Shown: positions 1-8,213, counted from the first letter of the stretch. The stretch is 64,000 bases of DNA from Calditrichia bacterium (GCA_050633245.1 JBOEGD010000011.1:256001-320000), one strand, 5' to 3'. A program made the numbers and translations. The notes: generated by a model not told the origin, from the sequence alone.

Positions 1-160
1 TGCCTTGAAGGAGATCAATAGCTCTATTAAATAATAAGGAGTAGCCAGCAGAACGGACTTTACGATCAATAATAAACATACTACACAAATTTGAGTTTTA
101 TAATTCTATCGCTCATCTGCTAGGATAAGCCCTACCAGACCAATTCACCCCACCAAACCC

Positions 161-189
161 TTGCATTCCCACCATCTTGGCTATACCTT
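161..189 (+). promoter_or_regulatory. Putative sigma70 promoter of first cargo cassette
   Basis: TTGCAT(161-166)-17 nt-TACCTT(184-189); similar context (ACCAAA..CTTGCATT..TATAC.TTT) at 4891-4929. Confidence 0.5.
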
Positions 190-303
190 TGAAGAGTCTT
201 AAGTAAAATCTCCCCAGATGATATAGTGTGCAAAGAGCAATTCAGTTCTTTGTTCGTTACATATTGATTTCTCAGGTCGCGTTAATACAGTGGTGGAGAC
301 GGA

Positions 304-723
304 ATGAGCGATTACAAATACAGCGAACAAATATCATCTTTACACAATTGCCCTCCTACTAATTATTCTCCTCAAGCTACCGATGCATATAGATTTGTAT
401 ATAAATCTAATCCTGAAAGAAGTTATATCCCTGTTGCAAAAGGAAACCCTAAAAGAATTAATGATAGAAGTGATATGAAAAAGTGTCAAGCTTGGGGTTT
501 GTCTTTTTTTAATACTGAAGAAAACGCAATAGCTAAGTTTGAGGATTTAAAAAGGAGAAATAAGAATATAGCTAAAACTATTGGTGATTCTATCGCTCTT
601 GTTAAATTAGAAGAGTCAGACGGAGTATGTTCTCCAGTTGGAGAAAAAGGACACTTCACCCTCCATGAAAGAGGGGAATCTAAATTTAGTGAAAGAAATG
701 AAGTCATAAAAGAACTGAGCTGA
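304..723 (+). CDS. Small hypothetical protein, putative ADP-ribosyltransferase-like (Tse2-like) fold
   Basis: SD GGAG upstream; motif order CPP..YR30F..P..C..GLS67FF..GH117FTLH resembles the R-S-H triad of ART-like toxins. Confidence 0.55.
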   Translation: MSDYKYSEQISSLHNCPPTNYSPQATDAYRFVYKSNPERSYIPVAKGNPKRINDRSDMKKCQAWGLSFFNTEENAIAKFEDLKRRNKNIAKTIGDSIALVKLEESDGVCSPVGEKGHFTLHERGESKFSERNEVIKELS

Positions 724-724
724 C

Positions 725-1954
725 GTGATGGAAAGTTTCAAAAATACAGAACTTTCAGAATTTCCAATCAAAAACCTTTCGAAGGTTTCTGACTTGATTT
801 ATTATGAAGGTCCGCTCTTGTCGCACTTTATTAGTCCCTCGGGTGATAATTACCTATATCTATGGTGTGATGTTGATACAGTCACAAACAGATGGCTTAT
901 TCTGAGAGTGACATCTGAAAAGCTATATAATTATTTGCGTCAAAAAGTTACTCTTCTTGAATTGGTCACCTCACCTGCTGATGGCTTTCTTTATTCGGTT
1001 GACATTGATGAGAATCTAGTGTACAGAAATATTTATATGCTTACTCCGGAGAATATACCTCAAAGTTACTTGCCTGAAAAAGATTCATATTCTACATCTG
1101 AGCCTGAAAGTGTTAAATTTGATTTACTCGATTTGTCACGCTTATATAACTCAAACCTATTTAATATTCATTTGAAAAGAGGACCTGGTATAGGCTACGG
1201 CACGGCTAATGTTTCGACGCTTGCTGATTTACTCTCCGCTTTTAGTGATTTAGCCGAAGAAGTAACAGGTGATGTTTTATATAAGCATAAAGAAAGTAGA
1301 CGAGCGCCTAAAGTAGATATAAAGCGTTATTCCGAATTTGAGTTGATAGAAAAGCGGGCAGCCTCATTTAGTTTGATTTTGCGTCCAATCCAAAAACAAG
1401 TTGCTATTCCGGGCACTGTAGATATTCAGCAAGAAATAATTGAACAAATATTTAAGCTGTTTTCAAAAAGTGAAAGCCTTGAAGAACTGCATACAATTGT
1501 AGATGAATACAGTGATGATGCAATTGACAAGTATCAGAAAATATTGAAGTTTATCAGTCACAATAAAATGCATGTTGAATTTAATTGGGCAAGCTTGTCT
1601 ACAGAGATTTTAGAGTCTGATTTTTTTAATCCGACAAAATCTGCAAAGATTATTGATAATATTAATTTTCTCGAAATTAGCAGAGAAAAAACTATATCTG
1701 AAGAAGGTCTGTTCCAGGCAGTGAATCTAAAAACAAGGACATATACTTTTGTCCAAGTTGAGACCAAATTGCAATTATCCAAGGGGAAATTTGCTAAGAG
1801 TTTGACAAAAACAATAGATCGATTGAATCTGGGGCATGTTTATGAGATTACTATCGTACGTCAATCCTTGAAGATCTCTGGTAAGTCGACTGTTAAGCAT
1901 GAGGATATAATAATTGATCTTAAGGTAATTGAACATCCGAGTGAGCTAGCATAA
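725..1954 (+). CDS. DUF6575-like N-terminal domain protein with C-terminal beta-rich (OB-like) region
   Basis: N-terminal LIYYEGPLLSHF..YLYLWCD....RWL..VT.E.L..YL...TL pattern recalled as DUF6575; starts 1 nt after upstream stop (GTG 725 or ATG 728). Confidence 0.6.
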   Translation: MMESFKNTELSEFPIKNLSKVSDLIYYEGPLLSHFISPSGDNYLYLWCDVDTVTNRWLILRVTSEKLYNYLRQKVTLLELVTSPADGFLYSVDIDENLVYRNIYMLTPENIPQSYLPEKDSYSTSEPESVKFDLLDLSRLYNSNLFNIHLKRGPGIGYGTANVSTLADLLSAFSDLAEEVTGDVLYKHKESRRAPKVDIKRYSEFELIEKRAASFSLILRPIQKQVAIPGTVDIQQEIIEQIFKLFSKSESLEELHTIVDEYSDDAIDKYQKILKFISHNKMHVEFNWASLSTEILESDFFNPTKSAKIIDNINFLEISREKTISEEGLFQAVNLKTRTYTFVQVETKLQLSKGKFAKSLTKTIDRLNLGHVYEITIVRQSLKISGKSTVKHEDIIIDLKVIEHPSELA

Positions 1955-2007
1955 TTTACTTAAGTCTTAACTATTCTCACCAGCTTCAAGGTTAAAGAGA
2001 GACTTTC

Positions 2008-3015
2008 ATGAACGAACGAATAGACAAACCCCGGGTGTTTCTATCCCATTCGAGCAAGGATAAACCCTTTATCCGGAAAGTGGAAGCTGATTTGCGGAGA
2101 TGTCAGATTAATACCTGGTTGGATGAAATAGATATCAGACATGGACAATCTTGGCTATCAGCTATATTCGAAGATGGTCTACCTAACTGTGATTCTGTAT
2201 TGGTCTATCTGACAAAGGACTCGATTGAATCGGAGATGGTTAAAAAGGAGATGGATGCTGGTATTCTTGGTAAATTGAATGACGGCAATGTTAGCTTCCT
2301 ACCTTATGTAAGTGATAGTAAGCTAAGAAGCGCGCTTAGAATCGATTTGCAAGGCTTACATGTTTTAGAGTGGAATGAGGATAATTATTACGAGTTGTTG
2401 CCAGTAATTGTAGCTGAGATTTGGAGGAGCTATACAGAGCGACGTGTGGCACATGCAGTTCAGAGTGAGAAAGTGCGAAGGCTTGAGGCTGAGTTGGAGC
2501 TTGAGAAAACGAAGTCGGATTCACCATTTAGCGGGCAAGAAGATGCTGAGTTTGAAAATATTTATAGAAAGACTAATAGAAGTTTAAGTTTTAGTGTAAT
2601 TTTTTTTGGAAAAGTAGATAATCCAGTAGACCCTGAAGATTACGAATTTGAAGACCGTGAAATAGGTACTAAACATTATCAATTTAATATGCTTGGCATT
2701 CTAAAAAGCCTAGGATACCATAAGTCTGTCTCTTCTTTCGATTTAAATCTCCTACTGACCGAAAAATCTAGAGAGGTTATAAAGAAGCGCGGAATAGAAC
2801 GCGCTCCGAGAATAAATTTCGAACCTAATATTATAATCGAAGAATTTTTAAAGCTCGGTCTATTCAATGGGTATCCTGACGATTGTCTAGTTGAGAGGGA
2901 AAAATATTATCGTTTAAAAAATTGGTGTGATTACTACGACAAAGAATTCCCAGAATTAGTTCTTGAGGAGATTGACCCTTCTAAGGAATGCACAAACACC
3001 CCACCTCCCACTTGA
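2008..3015 (+). CDS. TIR (TIR_2) domain protein with coiled-coil and unknown C-terminal domain
   Basis: VFLSHSSKDK..WLDE..I..G....S..S.MV..E81 TIR motifs; catalytic-position Glu retained. Confidence 0.85.
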   Translation: MNERIDKPRVFLSHSSKDKPFIRKVEADLRRCQINTWLDEIDIRHGQSWLSAIFEDGLPNCDSVLVYLTKDSIESEMVKKEMDAGILGKLNDGNVSFLPYVSDSKLRSALRIDLQGLHVLEWNEDNYYELLPVIVAEIWRSYTERRVAHAVQSEKVRRLEAELELEKTKSDSPFSGQEDAEFENIYRKTNRSLSFSVIFFGKVDNPVDPEDYEFEDREIGTKHYQFNMLGILKSLGYHKSVSSFDLNLLLTEKSREVIKKRGIERAPRINFEPNIIIEEFLKLGLFNGYPDDCLVEREKYYRLKNWCDYYDKEFPELVLEEIDPSKECTNTPPPT

Positions 3016-3053
3016 TACTTTCCTCGGATGTGTTTATTATTATACACTCCCCG
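3005..3053 (+). repeat. 49-bp direct repeat copy 1, containing a sigma70 promoter
   Basis: 44/49 identical to 4716-4764; contains TTGATA-17 nt-TATTAT and supplies the TGA stop of the TIR gene. Confidence 0.9.
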
Positions 3054-3159
3054 ATAGTTTTTCTGGTGTTGAGTCTATTAAATTGGGAATGAGAATTGAT
3101 TAATGGACTCATCTTAACTTTTTTCTCTTCGTTGAAAAAATAATTGATATGGGTTTGAA

Positions 3160-3954
3160 GTGATGTCAGAGCGCAAACACATAAAGGTCCAACTGCTACC
3201 TGCCCCCCTCAATAAGTTATATCATACTACAATATCAGTTGATAAGACTATTAAAGATATTATAAACTATTTAATCGAAGAAGGACTTCTTGTCGGGTCT
3301 TCTGATCAACAATATATTGTTGATTTGTATGAGGATAAAAAAAGTATTTACCTAGACCAAGATAAGACTCTAGAAGAATTACAGATAAAGAATAATAGTA
3401 TCATTAGAGTTTATCCTTATCTACCAGGAGGAGAAGATGTAGAGAGGTCTATTGAAATTGGTGTGGAGGTAAAGGAAAGTGTAATTATTACCGGAGACCA
3501 GACATATATAGACAACACGAACATGTCTGAGCCAACGCCTAAGGATGCTGCCTCTCGCTCTATATTCGACCGTATCGTCGGGGGGCCTGGTTTAAAGCTC
3601 TTAGGAGTTTTAGGTTTGTTGTTGGGGAATGCATTCCTTGTTTGGTGGCCTTTTTCAGAGAATCTCAACCTTGGTCAATATGCGAACAAAATGGAAATGG
3701 GGATTATAGTGGGCTGGGAAAAGCCAGCCGAGATTATGCCAACTAGATACCTTCTAGAGGCTAAGTCTCTAGATGAGGAAATAACCCTTCTGGAAAGTTT
3801 AGTCGCTGGGAAAAAACAAGTCGGATACATGCTTGTTGATATTACTCCAGAAGCTATCTCTGGGATAATAAAGGAGTATAGAATTAGAGTCATAGTTAAA
3901 GGCGATACGATTTCCCAAACAGAATGGTTTAGAGTTAAATCAGAGTCTAATTAA
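3160..3954 (+). CDS. Ubiquitin-like (YukD/EsaB-type beta-grasp) domain fused to a single-TM membrane protein
   Basis: aa 1-91: IKVQL..TI.DII..L..LDQDKTLEELQIKNNSIIRVYPYLPGG, a Ubl pattern ending in GG; hydrophobic segment LLGVLGLLLGNAFLVWWPF. Confidence 0.6.
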   Translation: MMSERKHIKVQLLPAPLNKLYHTTISVDKTIKDIINYLIEEGLLVGSSDQQYIVDLYEDKKSIYLDQDKTLEELQIKNNSIIRVYPYLPGGEDVERSIEIGVEVKESVIITGDQTYIDNTNMSEPTPKDAASRSIFDRIVGGPGLKLLGVLGLLLGNAFLVWWPFSENLNLGQYANKMEMGIIVGWEKPAEIMPTRYLLEAKSLDEEITLLESLVAGKKQVGYMLVDITPEAISGIIKEYRIRVIVKGDTISQTEWFRVKSESN

Positions 3955-3976
3955 TTGGAGTCCATGAATCTTCTAA

Positions 3977-4648
3977 ATGCAAAATTTCTCAAACAAATTC
4001 CGTCGCTTCTTGCATGAGTATATTGGGGATATAATAATTGTTTTAAGCGTAAGCTTTGTTTTGCTTGGTTCTATACGAGGCTACCAATATTGGGCCTCCA
4101 CAGACGAGCTTGCGCAAATAAAAACGATGACTGATCTGGCTAAAGCGGCGATCACTACTTTAATTGGTGCCATCGCTGCAATTGCCGGTTATCGCCGATA
4201 TTTCAAGGGAAGGACTTTCTCTGAACGTGCAGTAATCGAGTTGACATCAAAACCTATATGTGAAATCCAAGTTCCTCAACTTGAAGAAGATCCGGAGAAT
4301 GACGGAAATAAAAGAACATCAGAGAAAATGCTACTGCATGCGGTTGATGTTGCGATTGAAAATATAGGTTCACTAACTATTTGGGAACCTAAACTGAGAG
4401 TTAGTGCGAGGCATCTTGATTCGATTGAAGAATTCACTCAATACGGCTTTGAGGACAAAATTGAGACAGAAGTTGCACCGTTAAGCATCTCTGGGATCGA
4501 GCCAGGGGAGAAGATCTTCCACCACGTTAGATTTATTGTGCCAAAGGATATTCCTGCATTCAGAGTTGATTCCGAATTGAGCACATCGAGAAACAACATT
4601 TGGCATCGAGCGACTACTGTGGCAAACTTTATTCTAAAGAAGGACTAG
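3977..4648 (+). CDS. Hypothetical membrane protein (2 N-terminal TM segments, beta-rich C-terminal domain)
   Basis: 223-aa ORF 22 nt after the upstream gene; two hydrophobic segments; VAIENIG..GIEPGEK pattern is Ig-like. Confidence 0.65.
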   Translation: MQNFSNKFRRFLHEYIGDIIIVLSVSFVLLGSIRGYQYWASTDELAQIKTMTDLAKAAITTLIGAIAAIAGYRRYFKGRTFSERAVIELTSKPICEIQVPQLEEDPENDGNKRTSEKMLLHAVDVAIENIGSLTIWEPKLRVSARHLDSIEEFTQYGFEDKIETEVAPLSISGIEPGEKIFHHVRFIVPKDIPAFRVDSELSTSRNNIWHRATTVANFILKKD

Positions 4649-4715
4649 ATATTCATTCAGCTACGTCGCCAGCATCCCATCTATAACAGCAAGCATTGCT
4701 ACGCTGTTGGGATAG

Positions 4716-4764
4716 CTCCCGCTTGATACTTTCCTCGGTTATGTTTATTATTATGCACTCCTCG
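4716..4764 (+). repeat. 49-bp direct repeat copy 2, containing a sigma70 promoter
   Basis: CTCCCgCTTGATACTTTCCTCGGtTaTGTTTATTATTATgCACTCCtCG; 5 mismatches to 3005-3053. Confidence 0.9.
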
Positions 4765-4899
4765 TCACTATTCTCGCACTTAACTAGATCGAGACCGAAC
4801 GCCCATGCGCTTTCACTCCACACCAGAATCTGCACATAACACTGTCAGCGAGAATTTCCCCGCTGTATGCTAGTTAGTGTTGGGTAGGCTACCAAAGAC

Positions 4900-4928
4900 T
4901 TGCATTTCCGGTTGGAAGATTATACATT
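4900..4928 (+). promoter_or_regulatory. Putative sigma70 promoter of second TIR gene
   Basis: TTGCAT(4900-4905)-17 nt-TACATT(4923-4928). Confidence 0.55.
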
Positions 4929-5052
4929 TAAAGCGTCGCATCCACTCCCCATAATACAATCTACTGGTTGACCGCTAACGGTTTAATCCTCTTTTTATTA
5001 ACCAGTGGCTATGGAATAAACTCATACATTTGACCTTTAGCTGAGAGCAAAT

Positions 5053-6690
5053 ATGAACGCTAAGCCAATTACTGTTTTCCTTTCTTACGCCAGTCAGGAT
5101 AGAGAACCCATTGAAGAATTGTATGAGAAGTTGGCTGAGAATGGCTTTAGTCCATGGATGGATGGAAAGTCTATATTGCCTGGCAGCGACAGAGAATATG
5201 TTACCAAGAAGGCTCTGAACGAGGCAGATTTTTTCATATCATGTCTTTCGAGTAATTCTGTGAATAAAAGAGGATTTGTTCAGAAAGAGCTTAAACAGGC
5301 ATTGGATTTGTGGCAGGAAAAGTTGCCGGAAGATATTTATTTGATTCCTCTCAAGTTGGAAAAATGTCAGGTACCTGAATCTTTAAAGAAATTTCAATCT
5401 GTTGATTATTTTTCAGATGGAGGCGAAGCAAAGTTGTTTAAGGCTCTCAAAATGAGAACAAATGGAAAAGCTGAAGCTGAAATGCCCCTTAACATGGTTA
5501 GTGAAATAACAGATGCAACTACTACCGTTCAAGAAGAAATTGCAATAAAAGAGAAAACTCTGGACGTAGAAATTACACTAAAGGGTGATATAAAAGACTT
5601 TTCCGAAGATAAGCGAGCTCGCCTTCTTAAAGTCCTGGAAGAGCTTCTTGAAATAAACGATGGTGAATTAAAGATTAAAAAAATTAGAAAGGGGAGTGTT
5701 AAAGTAACGGTCGAACTTTCTCCAGAGCAGGCTGAAAAGCTTATGTGGGCTGTGAAAGCCGGAATGTTTAGTGATGTAAATATTATAGATGCCGAAATTC
5801 GAACTTTTGATAACGAGATGCCCACCGAAGAATCCATATTACCTAAACATAAAAGAGAATACGATACCGAAAAACAGGTAGCTGAATTAGAACAAACTAT
5901 TGTTCCATTATTAGAACTTTGGGAATTTCAAAATCCTCAAAAATCAGAAAAAGGAAAGGTCGAGTTTTGGATTGTTGTTAATCTAGGAACAGAAATTCAG
6001 CAAACGAATGATCTTGTTCGCCACCTTTTTAATTTAGGGGTGCCGATTTTGGCCGATGCAATGATTTTAGAAAATTTACAGGATCTTAATTTTTTAAATC
6101 GTTTTTTTAAAGGATCCGCGGATAGTTTCAAGTTTGGGGTAATTGTCTCTATATCACGGTCCTTACCAAATGCTCAGGAGTTAGACAATATAATACTTGT
6201 TCTAAATATGTGGACTGAGAAGTTTAATGTAGAAGTTGTTCCAGTCCAGCATTACTCAGAAAATAATCAAGCATTAAGTAAATTTAAGCAGCAATTATGG
6301 ACCTTATCCTTTGAACAACATGACTCTAAGTTTAATCAAGCTTGGATTAAGCGTTTCACAAAATATGTGTTTTTCAATAGCCGCTTTGCTCTACTGGGTT
6401 TTAAAAGTCACCCTCAAAATGCTGACTTTCATGATGATTCTAGGAGAATCCCATTCCCTGAACCGTTAAGAATGCGTCCGCCATTCTCTTTATTAATTAA
6501 AACCTTCTCCCAACCTTTGAATATTTTTGAGCTGTCTGAAATAATCAAAAAATCACCGGAAAGTATAATGGATGTCGGATTTGAAGCTGGAATATATATA
6601 AATATTTTTGAATACTTAGATCCCCCACTTTTGGAATTAATCCTTGAAGGATTTGGATACAAAAAAGATAGATCCTTTCTAGGCTCGTAG
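5053..6690 (+). CDS. Multidomain TIR (TIR_2) protein
   Basis: VFLSYASQDR..GFSPWMD...ILPG..ADFFISCLS..S...GFVQKE79L; central domain with IRKGSVKV; unknown C-terminal domain. Confidence 0.85.
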   Translation: MNAKPITVFLSYASQDREPIEELYEKLAENGFSPWMDGKSILPGSDREYVTKKALNEADFFISCLSSNSVNKRGFVQKELKQALDLWQEKLPEDIYLIPLKLEKCQVPESLKKFQSVDYFSDGGEAKLFKALKMRTNGKAEAEMPLNMVSEITDATTTVQEEIAIKEKTLDVEITLKGDIKDFSEDKRARLLKVLEELLEINDGELKIKKIRKGSVKVTVELSPEQAEKLMWAVKAGMFSDVNIIDAEIRTFDNEMPTEESILPKHKREYDTEKQVAELEQTIVPLLELWEFQNPQKSEKGKVEFWIVVNLGTEIQQTNDLVRHLFNLGVPILADAMILENLQDLNFLNRFFKGSADSFKFGVIVSISRSLPNAQELDNIILVLNMWTEKFNVEVVPVQHYSENNQALSKFKQQLWTLSFEQHDSKFNQAWIKRFTKYVFFNSRFALLGFKSHPQNADFHDDSRRIPFPEPLRMRPPFSLLIKTFSQPLNIFELSEIIKKSPESIMDVGFEAGIYINIFEYLDPPLLELILEGFGYKKDRSFLGS

Positions 6691-6792
6691 CTTTAATCCT
6701 ACGTTTTGTAGTATAAGTCCGACAAAGCCCTTGCTTTTCCTATATTTCTCACCTTATTTCTCCTCATAAGCATTCAAGGAGGATACCTACCC

Positions 6793-7089
6793 ATGTTTTT
6801 ATTCGACTACGCGATCGACCGCAACCGCTGGCTGTGGTTTCACATCTTAGCCGGGGGAGTAGCAGGTCTCTTGCTCATCAGCCTTCATATCCCAGCCATA
6901 TCCGGAGTTTTCATTGCAGCTTGCATCTGGGAGGCCATAGAAGCGCTGTGGAATCACATGGGCGGCGGCTTTGAGCTCAATGGTTATGGCAATGAGCGGG
7001 AAGGGATCTCTCCTCTTACGCATTTTCTGCTAGACGCTGTAGCTGATATTACCGGTGCGGTGCTGATGGCTGCGGTAGTGGTGGCCTAA
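6793..7089 (+). CDS. Small phage-like membrane protein
   Basis: Strong SD AAGGAGG; hydrophobic 98 aa; GC higher than upstream cargo; upstream of the terS remnant. Confidence 0.65.
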   Translation: MFLFDYAIDRNRWLWFHILAGGVAGLLLISLHIPAISGVFIAACIWEAIEALWNHMGGGFELNGYGNEREGISPLTHFLLDAVADITGAVLMAAVVVA

Positions 7090-7107
7090 ACTTAAGGAGA
7101 GCTTATC

Positions 7108-7344
7108 ATGGAAGGAGTCAAGCCAACAGTGAAGTGGGAATTTAAGCCGGCTGAATTAGTGAACTTAATCCTGGTCGGCATTAGCCTGATCGGGTTTTTC
7201 TATAATGCACATTTTCGCATTGAGCAGCTGGAGCGGGAAGTGAAGTCCATTAAGCAGAGCTACGTGAGATCAGAAGTCTTTGAGGCCGAGATGGAGCATA
7301 TCAAAGGCAGGTTAGATGATATTTTAATCGAGGTGAGGAAGTAA
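7108..7344 (+). CDS. Small single-TM + coiled-coil phage protein (holin/XhlA-like accessory)
   Basis: SD AAGGAG; TM aa ~17-33 then coiled coil YVRSEVFEAEMEHIKGRLDDI. Confidence 0.6.
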   Translation: MEGVKPTVKWEFKPAELVNLILVGISLIGFFYNAHFRIEQLEREVKSIKQSYVRSEVFEAEMEHIKGRLDDILIEVRK

Positions 7345-7470
7345 GTGGCTAGCCTGACTGCCAAACAGAAACGCTTTTGCGAAGAATACATACTCGATTT
7401 CAATACAAAAGCTGCTGCAGAGCGGGCAGGGTATAGTTTGCTCTGTCTCATTGAACTTTTACCACTTTAG
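7345..7470 (+). pseudogene. terS: Truncated phage terminase small subunit (N-terminal HTH only)
   Basis: GTG directly after upstream stop; translates MASLTAKQKRFCEEYILDFNTKAAAERAGYS (classic TerS N-terminus) then unrelated LLCLIELLPL* at 41 aa; below ORF-track size. Confidence 0.85.
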
Positions 7471-7480
7471 TGTTAATCAG

Positions 7481-7516
7481 AACAGCCCGCTTCTGCTTAT
7501 GCAGAAGCGGGCTGTT
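7481..7516. terminator. Perfect 16-bp inverted repeat, probable bidirectional terminator
   Basis: AACAGCCCGCTTCTGC-TTAT-GCAGAAGCGGGCTGTT followed by T-rich run; 12 nt from the tRNA 3' end. Confidence 0.85.
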
Positions 7517-7528
7517 TTGTTTTTCCAG

Positions 7529-7601
7529 AGCCACCGAGCGGAGTCGAACCGCTGACCCCTTCATTACGAGTGAAGTGCTCTACCAGCTGAGCTACGGTGG
7601 C
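7529..7601 (-). tRNA. tRNA-Thr(CGT), no encoded CCA
   Basis: Reverse complement GCCACCGTAGCTCAGCTGGTAGAGCACTTCACTCGTAATGAAGGGGTCAGCGGTTCGACTCCGCTCGGTGGCT folds as a cloverleaf; anticodon CGT; TTCGA T-loop. Confidence 0.97.
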
Positions 7602-7613
7602 TAATGAGGCCAA

Positions 7614-7642
7614 AAATTAAAAGATGGTAAGATGGATTGCAA
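7614..7642 (-). promoter_or_regulatory. Putative tRNA promoter
   Basis: Minus strand TTGCAA-17 nt-TAATTT, 12 nt upstream of the tRNA. Confidence 0.55.
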
Positions 7643-7818
7643 CCTTTTTTTGCGAATTGAATAAAATTTATACGGTAGGTATTGCGTTTTGAGAAGTTGC
7701 ACATTTTGGTAGGGGCAGGATGCCTAAAAAACATTGCTCAATGTGACAAATATCGCGGCGGAGCAGGGGAGTGCCGATTATGTTTGTATAAGGAGAAACT
7801 ACTACGCGAGGGAAACGC

Positions 7819-8205
7819 ATGAGCTTGTTTAATCTGGTGAAAATCCTTGGTTCCATCGCTCTGGCTTTGCAGAGCGCCATCATCGTATTTATCTACATGC
7901 CTCATACCTCCGGAGAAGCTCCGATCCTTTCAATGTCTGCTGCCAGTGGTTTGTTTACATTACTTGCCATTTTACTTCCATCGCTATTTGTTACCGAACA
8001 GCGCATTAAGGTGCCGCGCTATATGCTGATTACCTCTCTGGCGATCATGACGTTTATTATTCTATTAGCCAATGCCACAGACAATATTGCGAGGTTTTCT
8101 GCGGCCATAACCTGTGCGCTGGTAGGGGCGGTTACGGCGTGGTATCTGCAAAGGAGGGCAGAGCGGCTCACCGTTCCGCAACAGGGCGATCGGGAGACGG
8201 GGTGA
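7819..8205 (+). CDS. Hypothetical 4-TM membrane protein
   Basis: SD GAGGG; four hydrophobic segments. Confidence 0.65.
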   Translation: MSLFNLVKILGSIALALQSAIIVFIYMPHTSGEAPILSMSAASGLFTLLAILLPSLFVTEQRIKVPRYMLITSLAIMTFIILLANATDNIARFSAAITCALVGAVTAWYLQRRAERLTVPQQGDRETG

Positions 8206-8213
8206 GAAAAACT

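Larger units (their letters stand above)
1..7470. mobile_element. Right-hand remnant of a prophage/genomic island carrying defence-like cargo; left end lies outside the window
   Basis: Visibly AT-richer than downstream DNA (by eye); two TIR genes and hypothetical cassettes; ends in phage-like small membrane genes and a truncated terS next to the 3' side of a tRNA. No integrase or att duplication in the window. Confidence 0.7.

Noticed and set aside
1-125. 3' end of an upstream gene
   Set aside because: All three + frames hit stops within ~35 nt; too little sequence to call
2008-6690. Thoeris, CBASS or Pycsar assignment for the TIR genes
   Set aside because: No ThsA (SIR2/Macro), cyclase or other recognisable partner adjacent
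1-7470. Integron cassette array (co-oriented AT-rich genes with intergenic hairpins)
   Set aside because: No intI in the window and no convincing complementary R''/R' boxes; cassettes carry their own promoters and end in phage genes
7529-7601. att-site duplication of the tRNA 3' end
   Set aside because: No second copy seen in the window; it may lie to the left
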